Shown here one piece after another: positions 25,827 through 38,400 of a stretch of DNA of 64,000 nt; position 1 is the first letter of the stretch; each line of letters opens with the position of its first letter. A model generated the notes under the pieces. That model was not told the origin of the DNA. It did no database searches and saw only the letters and a list, made by a program, of their open reading frames with translations. The stretch comes from Tubiluchus corallicola (lineage: Eukaryota; Animalia; Priapulida). The stretch is taken from contig JAQGDQ010000077.1 in the NCBI GenBank assembly GCA_030141605.1, forward strand, positions 620,001-684,000, written 5' to 3'. The position numbers and the translations under genes are program-made.

Positions 25827-28396
25827 ATGAATAACAACATAGGTGAGGAATCTCCTGTTAATGATGTGCCTGCGCTGTATAAAGGTGTAGATGTCATTGT
25901 TCGACATGAAGGTATGTTTATTTAGCTTGCCAAAATCGTGTTAGATCTAGAGAATTTATTTATGGCTCAATGTTATGACTGTTAAAAAACAAAGAATTTA
26001 TTCATTTATTTAAAAAATACTTAATACATGTATATAGTAAATAATAACTGAAAAATTATTTTACAAATAATTAGTCTTTCTATCATCGGTGGGTCAGTTT
26101 GATTAGTTTTCACTTGTGTTTTACTAGGCAAGCTTTGTTGGCGCCAAGAGCCGGAACTTCTTGGGTATTTGCATGATGAAAAACAGTATGCCATAAAAGA
26201 TGATGATGTGTGGGTAGTATCTTATCCTAGAGGAGGTATTACTTCCTATTTGAGTTTTTTATATCTCTAAATTTTACCTGTTTCTTTGCTGTTGAACTTG
26301 TAATGGAGCACTGTAATCTTTTTTAATTCGGTTAAAGACTTGTTAAGAAATGCAATGTTTGAGATCACTCGTAAATTGTTGTGGCTTACAAGTGAATGTT
26401 GGACAAGTGTTTTTAAGTATCACAATTGTGTTGGAATGCTAAAGAAACTTACTCACTCACCATTATCATGCTATTTGGGTTCTCTAGCAGTATTCATTTG
26501 AGCTGATGCAGTTTACAATGCCTGCAAAGAGGAAAAGGAAGGTGAATTTGGGTATTATATCTTTGATATTTTTAGTCTTGTACTCCTTCCATGTTGCATG
26601 CAGGTTGCCAATGGCTGTTCAGAATAGTGACAGCCATTTTGCATGAAGCAGATGTCACTAAGTATGGCAATTTGACAGCAAGAACCATGGGCACAGTTGA
26701 GTCACACTTGTTCATGGGAGCCAAGCAAAGATTATTTAAAATGAAGACTATGAAGTCTCCTCGGGTATTTACAGCACATCTCAGACCTGATGAACTTCCA
26801 GCAAGTGTGTTTAGAGACAATAAGGTGAGAGTTCAGACTTATAGCAAGAAATACAACACTAATATTGATTATACTACTGCAAAAATATTGCAAATTTGTT
26901 TTAATAATGTGTGATATAATGTGGACCAGCTATATATTTCATCCAAAATAGTTTATAATTGTAAAATATCAGAAACATATCATGCGTTGTCTGAGTTTCA
27001 CATTATTTTGTAGATAATCTGTGTTGTGCGAAATCCAAAGGACACTGCAGTTTCATATTATAATAAGCATAAAGTTGACAGACAATTTAAAACTAAAAAA
27101 GGACCAATAACAGCTACGTGGGAAGACTTTTTTGACTACTTTGCCAAGGGTGATGGTAAGTTTGCCAACAATATATTCTGCTTCGTTAAACCTGTTATGC
27201 TATGCCTATAGAGTTAAACGTCCATGCATAGACTAAATTAATTCACATTCATTGCAACTGGTCGGTAGTATTTTTTGTAAACATTTTTTTTTGTTTACAG
27301 TAATGTTTGGCTCTTGGTTTGATTTTGTTTTGGACTGGAACAAACATCGCTCAAATGAAAACATTTTTTTTCTGAATTACGAGGAGACAAACAGGGTAAG
27401 AATAAGTTTCCTTCCTAAAGATTGTCCAAAAAGGCAGTAAGAACTACCCTGCCGAAGTGCTGGAAAAAGATGGAAATGAAATGTTTGAAAAGCCTTGACG
27501 AAAATCACAAAATCAGTGCAGATGCAAGATTTGTCATAAGTGGTCTTGCCAAAAATTAATTATATCATTGAAATAGCATTGCTTTCTAGCGTGTGTGTCC
27601 TGCAGCATTGATTCTTATTGAATTAGCCTTTAAAGAGGAGATGTACACAAAAAGCTTTATGCAGTCTGCTGTTATAATCATTAAACTTTCTATGTTATAC
27701 TGAGCCTTTTTTGTGCTATGCACTGTTTGTGTAGTAAAACTACAAAACGAAAGACTGAAATGCAGAGCTTTATTGTAGGATTTACCGGCAGCAGTGATGA
27801 AAATTTGTAACTTTCTCGGGAAAAATCTGACCAAGGAACAGCAGGAAAAAATCGAAGAAATGACAGCACTACCCCAGGAGTTAAAACACACTGGAAAAGG
27901 TTGGTAGAAATAAAACTGATTTTACGGTTGCATTTCTGATGATAGAATGGAGTTAATATTAATAAACAAAGATGTCGCATACCATCACTATCTAAATTGT
28001 AATCGATTACCTCTCATTGCTTATGCAGGAGACAGTTATTATATTGATATGCATATTCTGATATTTTCTTTAACAATTGGTATGCCTCATTATGATTGTA
28101 GGATAGGTAGTTTTATTTTTCTCAGTCTGATTTTTAAATTTATGTGAATGTGTCTGTCAACGAGAGAAAGCTGATAAACAAGTTTTTGGCTGGTACATGG
28201 CTGACAAGTGACTTTGTGTGCAGAGCATCAAAAAGATGCAAAATGCAATATTATTGTAGCAGTGTTCACCTGTTGGTATTTTTCAGGAGTAATTGGTGGC
28301 TGGAAGAAAATTTTTAGCGAAGATCAGAGTTCAGTAATTGATCAAATGTGCGATGAAAAATTAAACGGCTGCAATATGGATGTTGTGCTTGAGTGA
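25827..28396 (+). CDS. Cytosolic sulfotransferase (SULT) family protein, divergent, ~293 aa, 7 exons
   Basis: Exons 25827-25911, 26128-26235, 26604-26824, 27014-27155, 27301-27395, 27779-27899, 28287-28396 (TGA); all GT-AG, phases consistent, 882 nt. Motifs: DDVWVVSYPRGGCQW (5'-PSB position), PRVFTAHL, IICVVRNPKDTAVSYY (3'-PB), GSWFDFV, FLNYEE, KICNFLGK, GKGVIGGWKKIF. Confidence 0.92.
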
Positions 28397-30011
28397 ATAT
28401 TTCAAAATCATTATAAACAAACTGTAGAACAAGTGTAAAAAGTTCTTAGCAGTAGTATTTATTTGGTAGCAGCCAACAACACAGCTCATAACAGATTTAA
28501 GACATACACTTTAATTAACCTTTTTTAAAGTTATTTGTCCACAGATTTGAGGTAACATTTGCAAACATGATTGGTACCTCTAAACCATTTTAGTAGAAAT
28601 TTACATAACTAAACTGTTGGCTGTGCCCATAGCAGGCTAATCCTACCCACTGGATGAATTGTAATGATTGATTTCAAATTTGCCTTGATGGTCCCGTTGA
28701 CAAAACCTTACTGCACAGTCAAAAATTAATGTTTTGAATGTAATTTTTATATGAACATAAATGTATCATAAAAAAGAAACCACTTAGGTGCACCTTATAT
28801 AAAACTGTTTTTTGGTTAAGATGGTAACCACCAAAAAGCTGTTTTCCGTTTTTCACAAATTGACCATAGTTTCAAAAATGAATGTGAAAAAAATGTATAT
28901 GATTTAGCAATAGTTTCGAAATTAGTTTCTGATGTGTTAGCAAATGGCAAATATGCAAACTTAGTTAGTACATAATTAGTTAGTTAGTTAGTTAGCGCTA
29001 TCTGGTATAACTTTCTAACTGCAATGTTGTTAGAATTTTTGTATTACCAGCAAATTTTAAAATATACCAATGCATGATATGCAACATTAATAAGAAAACT
29101 AAACATTTCATATATTTTATTCAACTTTTATAAATTTCTCAAAAATCATACCAAACAAGTTATCAATATCCAACAAAATATATGTTTATAAATAACAACC
29201 ACATATCCATAACAAAAACAATATTATGTATAGGTAATGTCAAAAAGCCAAACAAAATACAAGATGCAGGACATGTTTGTAAATAATATATTAGGATAGG
29301 AATGTCTATTAATGTCAACAAAATTCTCTTCACTTATTTCAGATGCCCATCTTTAAATAAGTGTAAGTGATGCACAAACTTGTCAAACAGAATTCAAGAA
29401 AGACTTTGCTCACACAATCTCAAAAGAGCATCACAATTTAACAAGAGAGTATTTATCAAGTGTGCATATTTATTCGAACAATTGCTCACGCTAAGTAAAT
29501 TTTCCTTCTGTAGATGGCGCCACCAACATAATCTGGGCCAAATTTAATGCTGAAAGCCAACTTTAACCCTCAAGAAACAAAATTAATTTGTCGACACGAA
29601 CCAGCGTTGTTTGCGACAGTGTCAAGTAACTTTTTTAAGAACCAAGCAGTAACGCGTCATACTCAATTAATGTCTCACACTAGATTGTTAACTCAGATTT
29701 TCTTGTCTTAAATGTATGCTGTAATGCTGCAATAATTGCTGAATGTTCAAAATCTTATAACAATATAATCTTCTTTTCTTGGTAAATTGGCCATTCTTTC
29801 TCTTTCAAATTTTACAGCAATTTAATACCACTAGTGGCAATTGCGCTAGTGAAAATGTACGTGAATACTAACACGTACTGGGCCCAGTGAACACACATGA
29901 GAACATGCTCATTAAACGTCTCTGCTATGCATAGCCCGACATTATGGATGAGAATCTCAGGAAATTGTACATGTAGAAAACAGATCACAAGCATTTTATT
30001 AAGCACATGCT

Positions 30012-33000
30012 TCAGAACTCGTCGTGAAATGCTTGCGCTGGATTAGCTATATTACTTCCCAGGAAGAGATCCCGCATCTCTAACATTTCCCCAAGGCTCA
30101 ACTGTCCATTCTCATCAGCGTCAGCATATTTGAATAAGTTGTAAGCTTCATTCTTGGCATGGAGGGGATTCCGCGGATTCGTGTATCCCTAGAATTAGGA
30201 CAAGTTCATGTTAATTTTAAGGTGGAAGTAAATTCAACATAAGGTCATACATTTAACATTTAATTCAACAGAAGCCTAAAAAGAATCATTGTAAATAACA
30301 GGCCATAAAAACTCATAGGGGATGTAGTTCTTGTAAATTTGGGAAGACTATGCAAATAAACCAGAATACTGTTTATGGAAATGGAAACTAACAAAGGAAA
30401 TGGAATTAACAAAATACCCATGACAGTACACTATTTCAAGAAAAATATAATTATAGAAGTCCACATAACATTCACAATTTGCCAAACGCAATTTAAAATC
30501 ATGACAGCAGAGATATGAAATTTAATATACTTTTCTCATTTTATTGTTTTCAACCTTTCAAATTTTACTAACTTTGTGGTTACTCTGTTATCTACTGGCC
30601 AACATGTTTTTATTTGCCCAAAGAAATTATTTATTTGGCAGAAAAACAATGTAAAGGAATAGAAACTTGCACACAAGTCAGGAATTTTACACAATAAAAA
30701 CTAAATTGAACCAACCATCAGCTCCTCAAATGTAGCTATGCCATTACGGTCAAGATCAATCTGTTCAGAAAATTCTTTTTTTCTTTCCGCTTGATATTTT
30801 TTCTCTTCATCCTGCCATTTGCTATCAACGTCACCTGGCGAGAGGGCAGAGAACTCTTCTGCTGTCAGTTGACCGTCGTTGTCCCTATCTGTAAAACACT
30901 GATATTACAAACTTCCTAAAACAAGCATTTTTAAAGTTCAAAATGTAACAAAAACTGCACACTGTTACACTTGTTTAAAACACAACAAGAAAGACAGCAT
31001 ATGCAAGTAACAGCTTATTTTGTAATTGGGGAATGTAACATCACCAGAAAATCCTGTATTGATTTTGAAATCATGTTCTCCTCTTTGGGCATAAAAATGG
31101 TTTGACTGTGTAAATTTTAGTGCTTATAATAACCAGCATACATGGTAGAAAATCAGCGCAACAGGTCGTATCAACTGATGTAAATAATCGTTTAGGTACA
31201 CTAGTGCGCATAAAGTAAAAAAAGATTTACGTTATTACTCAACTATAATCTATGACTTTGAGATGCTAAAAACTACGGTGACCGCCACAACATTTGCATT
31301 ATATATAATATAGCAGAATTCTTCAAGCTTTGAATGCACCTGCCTAAATGCAAGTAATTTTCAGGTAACTGGATGATAGGTTACGTGGGCAAAATTTCAG
31401 GAGAAAGAGGTTAGCCAAATTTTTCAATTAGTAAGGCCTGATAGCAACAAAATAAACAATCAAATTTATTCTATCTGTACATGAAGTTGAACAAACTCAT
31501 TCACAATCACTAAAACTGCAAGTAGAAGACCTACAATTAAAGCTTATTTAGGACAAAAATACAAGAGTGTGCAAGACTTTACTTTTAAAGTAATATGACA
31601 TCAATTTAGGATAACTTGACAATAAGTTCAAATAGAAACTAACTTGACAATAAGTTCAAATAGGAACTAAACAATCTAGAGCTTTTCATTACCTAGTGAG
31701 TGCAGGATATCTCGCACCATGCTGTGCATCATAAGTCTGCTATGCTCCGGGTGTCTAAATCCCAAGAACTCTCGTTCAGAGAGCCTCTCATCTTGATTTT
31801 CATCAGCTTCCGACCAGCGGAAGTTGTCCTGTGCTATGACATCACGTACTAAAACAAAAAGTACAACATTTGTCAGTAACCATACATCTCTGGTCACTTG
31901 ATATATATATTTGTTTCTATATGCAAAGAAAGACAGGTAATTTGCAAAGTTGTGTGTGAAGTTGCAGAATGCGTGGGAACAGAAATTTGGTGAGTGTGCA
32001 CGAGTAAAAGATGAAAAATGCGAGTGACACATGCCTAATGCATGAGAGCTGGCAGATCTGCATGAATTAAAGCTCCTTAACCCTTTAATATTTAATATTA
32101 AATTACAGCAAGTGAAACATTACTAACATTCATATAGCAGAAATTCAACTGTTACATGTATTTAGCTACGAACATTATCAGCAATACATACATTGTTCAT
32201 CAAAATCATCTTTTGGATGAACTCCGTGACCACGCTGAGAGTCGTCATGTGCCTTTTGGTGAATTTTTGCATGCTGTTCGCGCATGCCTTGATTTACAAG
32301 AAAGTGGATGTGATACTCATCCCACGTTGCATAACCTACAGATAAACAACTAAAAATATATTTTACACATTTTCTTTTTTGCAAATAAACAAAGCTGCTT
32401 GTCTAACAGAAATGCTGTGAATAGCTTCATCAGAAAACAACAGGCACACACATATATATCACATGAAATTTATAAATTACGTAAATATGATATCAAATGT
32501 TCAAAACATGCCTATGTCTAATTTGCTGCTAGCTAGGCCATACTAGAGATTTCTGATTCAAAGGAAGATATCCCAATCTTTGTCCCAATAGAATGGGCTG
32601 CTACAGAATACAACCGAAACAAAGCAAACATCTCTGTCCAAAGCAGGACTGTTCTAGCCAATTTAAACTCCGTATGTTTTAACTAATATGGTAATAAAAA
32701 CCTAATAATAAAAGGCACTTGAGAATTAAAATACAGCTTGTTGCAAGCGTAATTTTTGAGACTGCAAAACATGTTATAAAGTTCTTTAAAAATAAATGAT
32801 AAATAATTAACTTTCCAGGTTCAGCTATGACATACTGTTAAGGATCACTCGATTTATTTGGCAGAATTTTTTAACTTATATATATATGATTCTAAGTGCA
32901 GATTTCTTAACTATAGTTTTGAAATTTAATGAAACAATTTTGCTGACATTGGTGCAGGACATTATCATGAAGCAGTAAAATTATAAACATTAAATCAAAT

Positions 33001-35102
33001 TTACAATCATGTTTTTTCTAGTTAAAACCTAATTACCTAGTCAAAATAAACTGACACACTAGCAGTGTGTCACTAAACAAAGTGACACACTAGCAGTTTT
33101 TGACAAATTACCAAAAACAGTTTACCATTACTATACACTAATGAATATACCAGTGGACACTTAGAATAAAATAATGTGATATTGTCTCAGATCTCCTTAC
33201 CATCCCTGTTTGCATCTACCGCAAAGAACAGATCTTTATTTTCCTCAATGGCATCGTTCATGTGTTCTGTGACCCGATCTCGTATCCAAACTTCCAATTC
33301 TCCTAGACTTACTTGCTCACTTTTGTCAGTATCCATTCTGAAAATTTATCAAGGAGTGTACATTTTGTATTTGACAAAATATTTCTGTCTGAACAATGTA
33401 ACAAATGGAAAATAAATTTTGAGTCTTTCAAAAATGTCAATGTTACAAATAGCAACAAAATTTATTTTGAGAAAGTCTCTGGTATTTCAAAACGCTTACA
33501 CAAAAGTATGGTAGTCAAAAAACATGAAAAATAAAACAAATAATAAACTTTTTTTAAAAACAACAACTTATGAAACATTTTAACACCTATAATACTGGAA
33601 AAGCATTTCTGATAGTTAAATAATTGATTAAAATCTAAATTAACGACGGGTGAGTCCAACTATTGATGACATACCACAAAGGAATGAAATTCTCAACAGC
33701 AAAAACAGTCCATGGTCATGTTGCACATATTTGCGAAAGCGAAAATTGAAGTACAGTGCTATAAGAAATTTAGTGTGTTATACTGCAAGTTTTAAGATAA
33801 AAATTCCATTTTCAAATTTACCGCTCTGCTCACGCATGAGCTGTCGATGTGTGAAGTACATCACAAACAGCACCTATTTTTTGCGCAACGCGTTTCCGAA
33901 ATGCAGGTACTAGTGCCCATCTAACTAATGAATGGCGACATGCATATAACCGCGAAGAACTAGTGGCACTAATGTGAAACTGTGTTTGTGTGGTAATAAT
34001 TCGTTCACGTAAGTTATTCTTGCTCGTTTAACATTGCTGATCTGTAGCTTGCTAGCAATGCTAGTGTCCAAAGTGCAGTTTTAATTTTTAACTAGCAATA
34101 CACCGCATAACTGAGTGGAGTTTCACACAGACATTAATATTACTAAGAAAAATTGAACTTGTTAAGCGTAAATTATAATAATTGTGTGCAAATGTAACAA
34201 CATTTTGTTGAGTTTTAATCATTAAGTAAGCAAAGCCCTTAAGTTCTTGAAGTAGGTAAAAAGTTTGCATTATTGTGGCAGTAGGTTTGAGTAATTAATT
34301 TCTGTCTTGTTTGCATTTTTATCTGCACATTTAGCATCACTCAGTCCTACAGCACGCCTCTTCATTGTCACTGCCACTGCTGTAAGGCTCAACAATAAAA
34401 AACTGAAACTTGTTGCTGTTTCTTTGCTTGCTGCTATAGAAGAGCCATGACAAATCACGAAAAAAATTAAATTAGTTAAGTGACTATTTTATATTATAAG
34501 GCAATTCTCAAGCTACGAACAGGTCGAATGACACAAAGGTTTGTTTTAGCATCACTTTTCCACCTTATGCCCAACGTTCCAAAAAGAGATAATTAATAGA
34601 TAGCAATCTAAACTCACTTATGAAAAATATCCGTTAAAATCCGAATTTGGACGATTTCTGGATCATCTACATTAATCGGAACACCATTGCCAAACATTGC
34701 CTCTTTGTGATAATCTTTATTAATATGGCCATCTCGCTCCAGTTTCAATCCTTCCAAATGATCTGGCGGCTTTAAATCTTCAGGGTTTACATGAACCTTT
34801 TGAGTTTGTTGCTGCTCGTAACTCTTTTTCACTGGTGACCTATTTATCTCATCTTCTTTCTGAGATGCATTTACATAAGACTTTTTATGTAAAACGTCAT
34901 CATTACTACTACTGTTTTTTCCATGAAACTGTAGCTTATTCTCCCCTATATTAATATCAACCTCATTTACTGATAGTGATACTTCCGCATTTGTATCATT
35001 GTTTTTTGTCTTGTCGACTGGTTTGCTGATAACTTGACACAAAAATAAAGCAGAAACGATAAACACAATACAATACACGACGAAGCAGTTGCTGTTTTGC
35101 AT
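30012..35102 (-). CDS. SDF4: 45 kDa calcium-binding protein Cab45 (CREC family, multiple EF-hands, signal peptide), ~423 aa, 6 exons
   Basis: Minus-strand exons 35102-34618, 33337-33201, 32335-32192, 31848-31693, 30888-30716, 30188-30012; GT-AG, 1272 nt in frame. It has a hydrophobic N-terminus and the Cab45-typical PPDHLEGLKLERDGHINKDYHKE. EF-hand loops: DTDKSEQVSLGE, DANRDGYATWDE, DENQDERLSERE, DRDNDGQLTAEE, DLDRNGIATFEE, DADENGQLSLGE. Also FRHPEHS and C-terminal HDEF. Confidence 0.94.
31612..31670. repeat. 28-bp tandem duplication in an SDF4 intron
   Basis: TAACTTGACAATAAGTTCAAATAG(A/G)AAC occurs twice in tandem. Confidence 0.9.
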
Positions 35103-35460
35103 TTTGTAACGAAGAAATTACAAAGACTAAAACTGAAAAATTAAAAGATACTGCAAATAACTAGGAGATAACATAAATCGTAAAAACTTCGCGTAAGTCA
35201 CGTTGCAATTGGCCTACTGTGCTGCTACCTTTTGACAGAAGATAAAAGCAAAGTAAAAAAATATTCGTTGCGTAACAGCAGAGATAATGAATTTGTGGTG
35301 TTCGAAAATTAATGATAATTCCTGTTGTGGCTGTGAGTAATCACAACATTCTTGTTCACTTACAATGCATTTATAATACCAATTTTTTTCAGCAACTGCC
35401 TGTAATGTAGTAACGTCGTAGTTACGGCATAAGTCACGTGATAGAAAAAATGGCGGCGTA
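35103..35460. promoter_or_regulatory. Compact bidirectional promoter region between SDF4 and ZMYND12
   Basis: Divergent ATGs lie 347 bp apart and the region is locally CpG-richer. It has an E-box GTCACGTGAT at 35433-35442, a YY1-type AAAATGGCGGC overlapping ATG 35450, and a reverse CCAAT (ATTGG) at 35208-35212. Confidence 0.7.
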
Positions 35461-38400
35461 CACAAATAGTCTATCAAAGCATGGGACTTCAAAGTCACGT
35501 CGTTCCCTCACAAAAGCAACAACAACAGAGCTTACTCAAACACAGGCTTGCGTTTTCATGAACGCTCCAAGAAATCAGCATTGTGAACTTTGTAAAAAGC
35601 CTGCTATGGTTGGTTGCCCCGAGTGCAAATTAACATTTTACTGGCAAGTTTCCATTAATTCGTATAATGCTTAATACGCCGCTTAATAAAATTACCACAG
35701 GGCCAGCAATAAGTACGGCGGTTTTATTATCTGGCAACCTTTTGCAAGCGCTTGTACTTCGCATAGTATAGTGTGAATGCGTCACCCTAATTAATACTGG
35801 CTGTCAATTTTCTTACATGTAGTTAATAATTATTTTTATCATTCATTTTTTAATCAAGGGATCTTTTGCGAGACACCCTTAAAGTCTCAGCTGCTTCCCA
35901 CTGGCTGCAGTTAAGGCTGTAACCCTATCTAACTCTTCTTTTCCTTCTGCACCTAACTCTCCATATCTTCACGTCAAAGTCTGTGGGCAAAATGTTCACA
36001 TAAACGCTCTGATCAACGCGAAAGAGTTGTTTTATTGCTAATGGAACTTGAAATTTGTTTCTACTAGGAAAACACATACTTTTAAGGATATCATTAAGTA
36101 TTTATCCTTGTTCTGATTCTTAGTTTTCAACTGTTTTGAATTTGTGAAGTGTAATTATAGGCCCATTATTGTTTTAGATGTTTTGATCTCTTACTAATGT
36201 TGTACAGTAAAACTGTAATTTGTGACTAGTTTCACATAAATGCATATACAGCCAAATGTGGCTAAAACACCTCTAAAACACTCATTTTTTGAAAATCTTG
36301 GAATTATCAGGAATTATGCAATACAGCAAAGAAGCTGAAGGTCAGTAGAATGCCACTTAGCATGAGATTATAGCACTGCAGAATAAAATATTAATTATTA
36401 TTTTAGTTTGCCGAACTTTATCGTTGTGAAGATTAAACATTATCTAACTCAGTGCTATTCGCTAAGCATAGAGGATTAAATGTTACTAATATTGGCTATC
36501 TGATGTGCAGCAATTAGCTGTAGATTGTAAAAGCAGTCTGAATCGTTAAAATATATAATAAATATTTTGATAAATGAAAAGCATTTCTTTAGAGTGAAAA
36601 CTGTAATTTGCAGTAGAATTTGCATTATAGGTATAACTTTGGGCATCTCATTTACCTCATGTCATAAATTACAGAATAACATTTACAGCAGATGCGATTT
36701 TAATTGACAGCGCGACAGGCAATGTAATTAGAACGATATTAGCCCTAGTTATCCATTTTTGAATAACTATTAAGTTTTTTTATGCAATTTATCTCTAAGT
36801 AATGATGTTCAGTGTGAGTAGTTCTAGATCCTAGGTGGTTTTGTATTTTTTATTGTATCCGTTTTTAGCATAACCTGTATGTAAAGTATTGGATAACAAA
36901 GTGCTAATCAGTTATTTGTATTCTTTGTCTGTTTAATTTTGTAGCACAGTGGCACATTTGGAAAAGGACTTTAACACGATTCACAATAAATTGTGTCAGT
37001 ACTTTAAGATTTTGCGTGCAGTAACATCTGAATATCATTCTAAAGAGGAAAGATTACAGCAAGCGGAAAAGCACTTGTGTATAAAGGTGTGTATATGTTT
37101 TGTGTATATTTAATTGAGAGACCTGCATCATGTATATATGTATAAGCAGAATATCATGTTGATTATGATTATTGCAGCACATATATGTCCTATGATCAGT
37201 AACTCAAGCAGCCTGTGAAATAATCTGTTCCATAAACATGGTGCAGATGAGGAAAATCTCCTCTTTTTGAAAATATTGTTTAAAATGTCCTCCCTTTGAA
37301 AATATTGTTCAGTCTTCTCACTGGTATTCTCAATTGGGATTTGTTATGTTGAATGAAAAGTTCCACCAGGAATGTAGTAGCTGATTAACTCTGAAGGATG
37401 TTGTGGTCCTAAATTGTGCACTGTTCAAATGTAGATACAGTTGCTTAGAAAGCTAAAAAAATTTCTTAAGATTGAGTAAAACATGTGAAAAGCCATTATT
37501 GATGGTTGTGCAGTATCTAATTTGCAAGCTATATTTTTAGAAAGAGCTTTTGCAGATGACTCGCTCTACAGGTCAACAATATCTTTGGGAAGAAAAATAT
37601 GAAGATGCTATTCCGGCAGTTTTACAGTCACTGAAATTCGCTATGGATGTGAGTGTAAAATATTTACTCATTTTCTCGTAATATATACATTTTTTATTTA
37701 TTGAACCATTAAGGAAGGAAATTACAGAAGATAAAGAAAAAACGACTCGAAAAACCTTATACATCTAAACAAAGAAACCACATATAAGTGGTATACTGAT
37801 TTAAGCGCAAAAACACATACAACAGAGCAACATACATATATATATATTATAAACTTAAAAAAATATTACATATGTATTACAGTTAGTCATGTAATCAAGC
37901 TTACACTGAGCTATCTCAGTCGGGCCTATCTTCAAATATTTTGTATTAATTTTAATAACTTCTACATCTTGTGATGCATTTAAAAACGTGAACTGCTCAT
38001 TGGAAGACATATAATGAAAGTTAGGACAAAAATCAGAAAGGATGGAGTAAATAATAGCAATGCGGTTACAAATTTAAGTCTTAAAGAATCTTATATTGTA
38101 ACAGAACATGGTACAAGTGTTAACCATCTCGGTTTGCAATAACAATGTTATTATTTACATTATTCATTTTATTGTGTAGTCAAATTTAAAGTGGTGTAGG
38201 GTCTAAAGAAATGTCATTTGCAGTTTTGTTTAAATAGCAACTATCTCATATACACATTGTGCCTCAGCTTTAAAGTGTGCTGCTGCTAAGCAGTGATTAT
38301 AATTGTGAATTTTTAGTTGCAAAAACCTGAGTCCAATTAGTACAAGTCATGTTCCTGCAATATCAGAGTTAATGGAATTGCAGTATGTTTGTAACATGAA

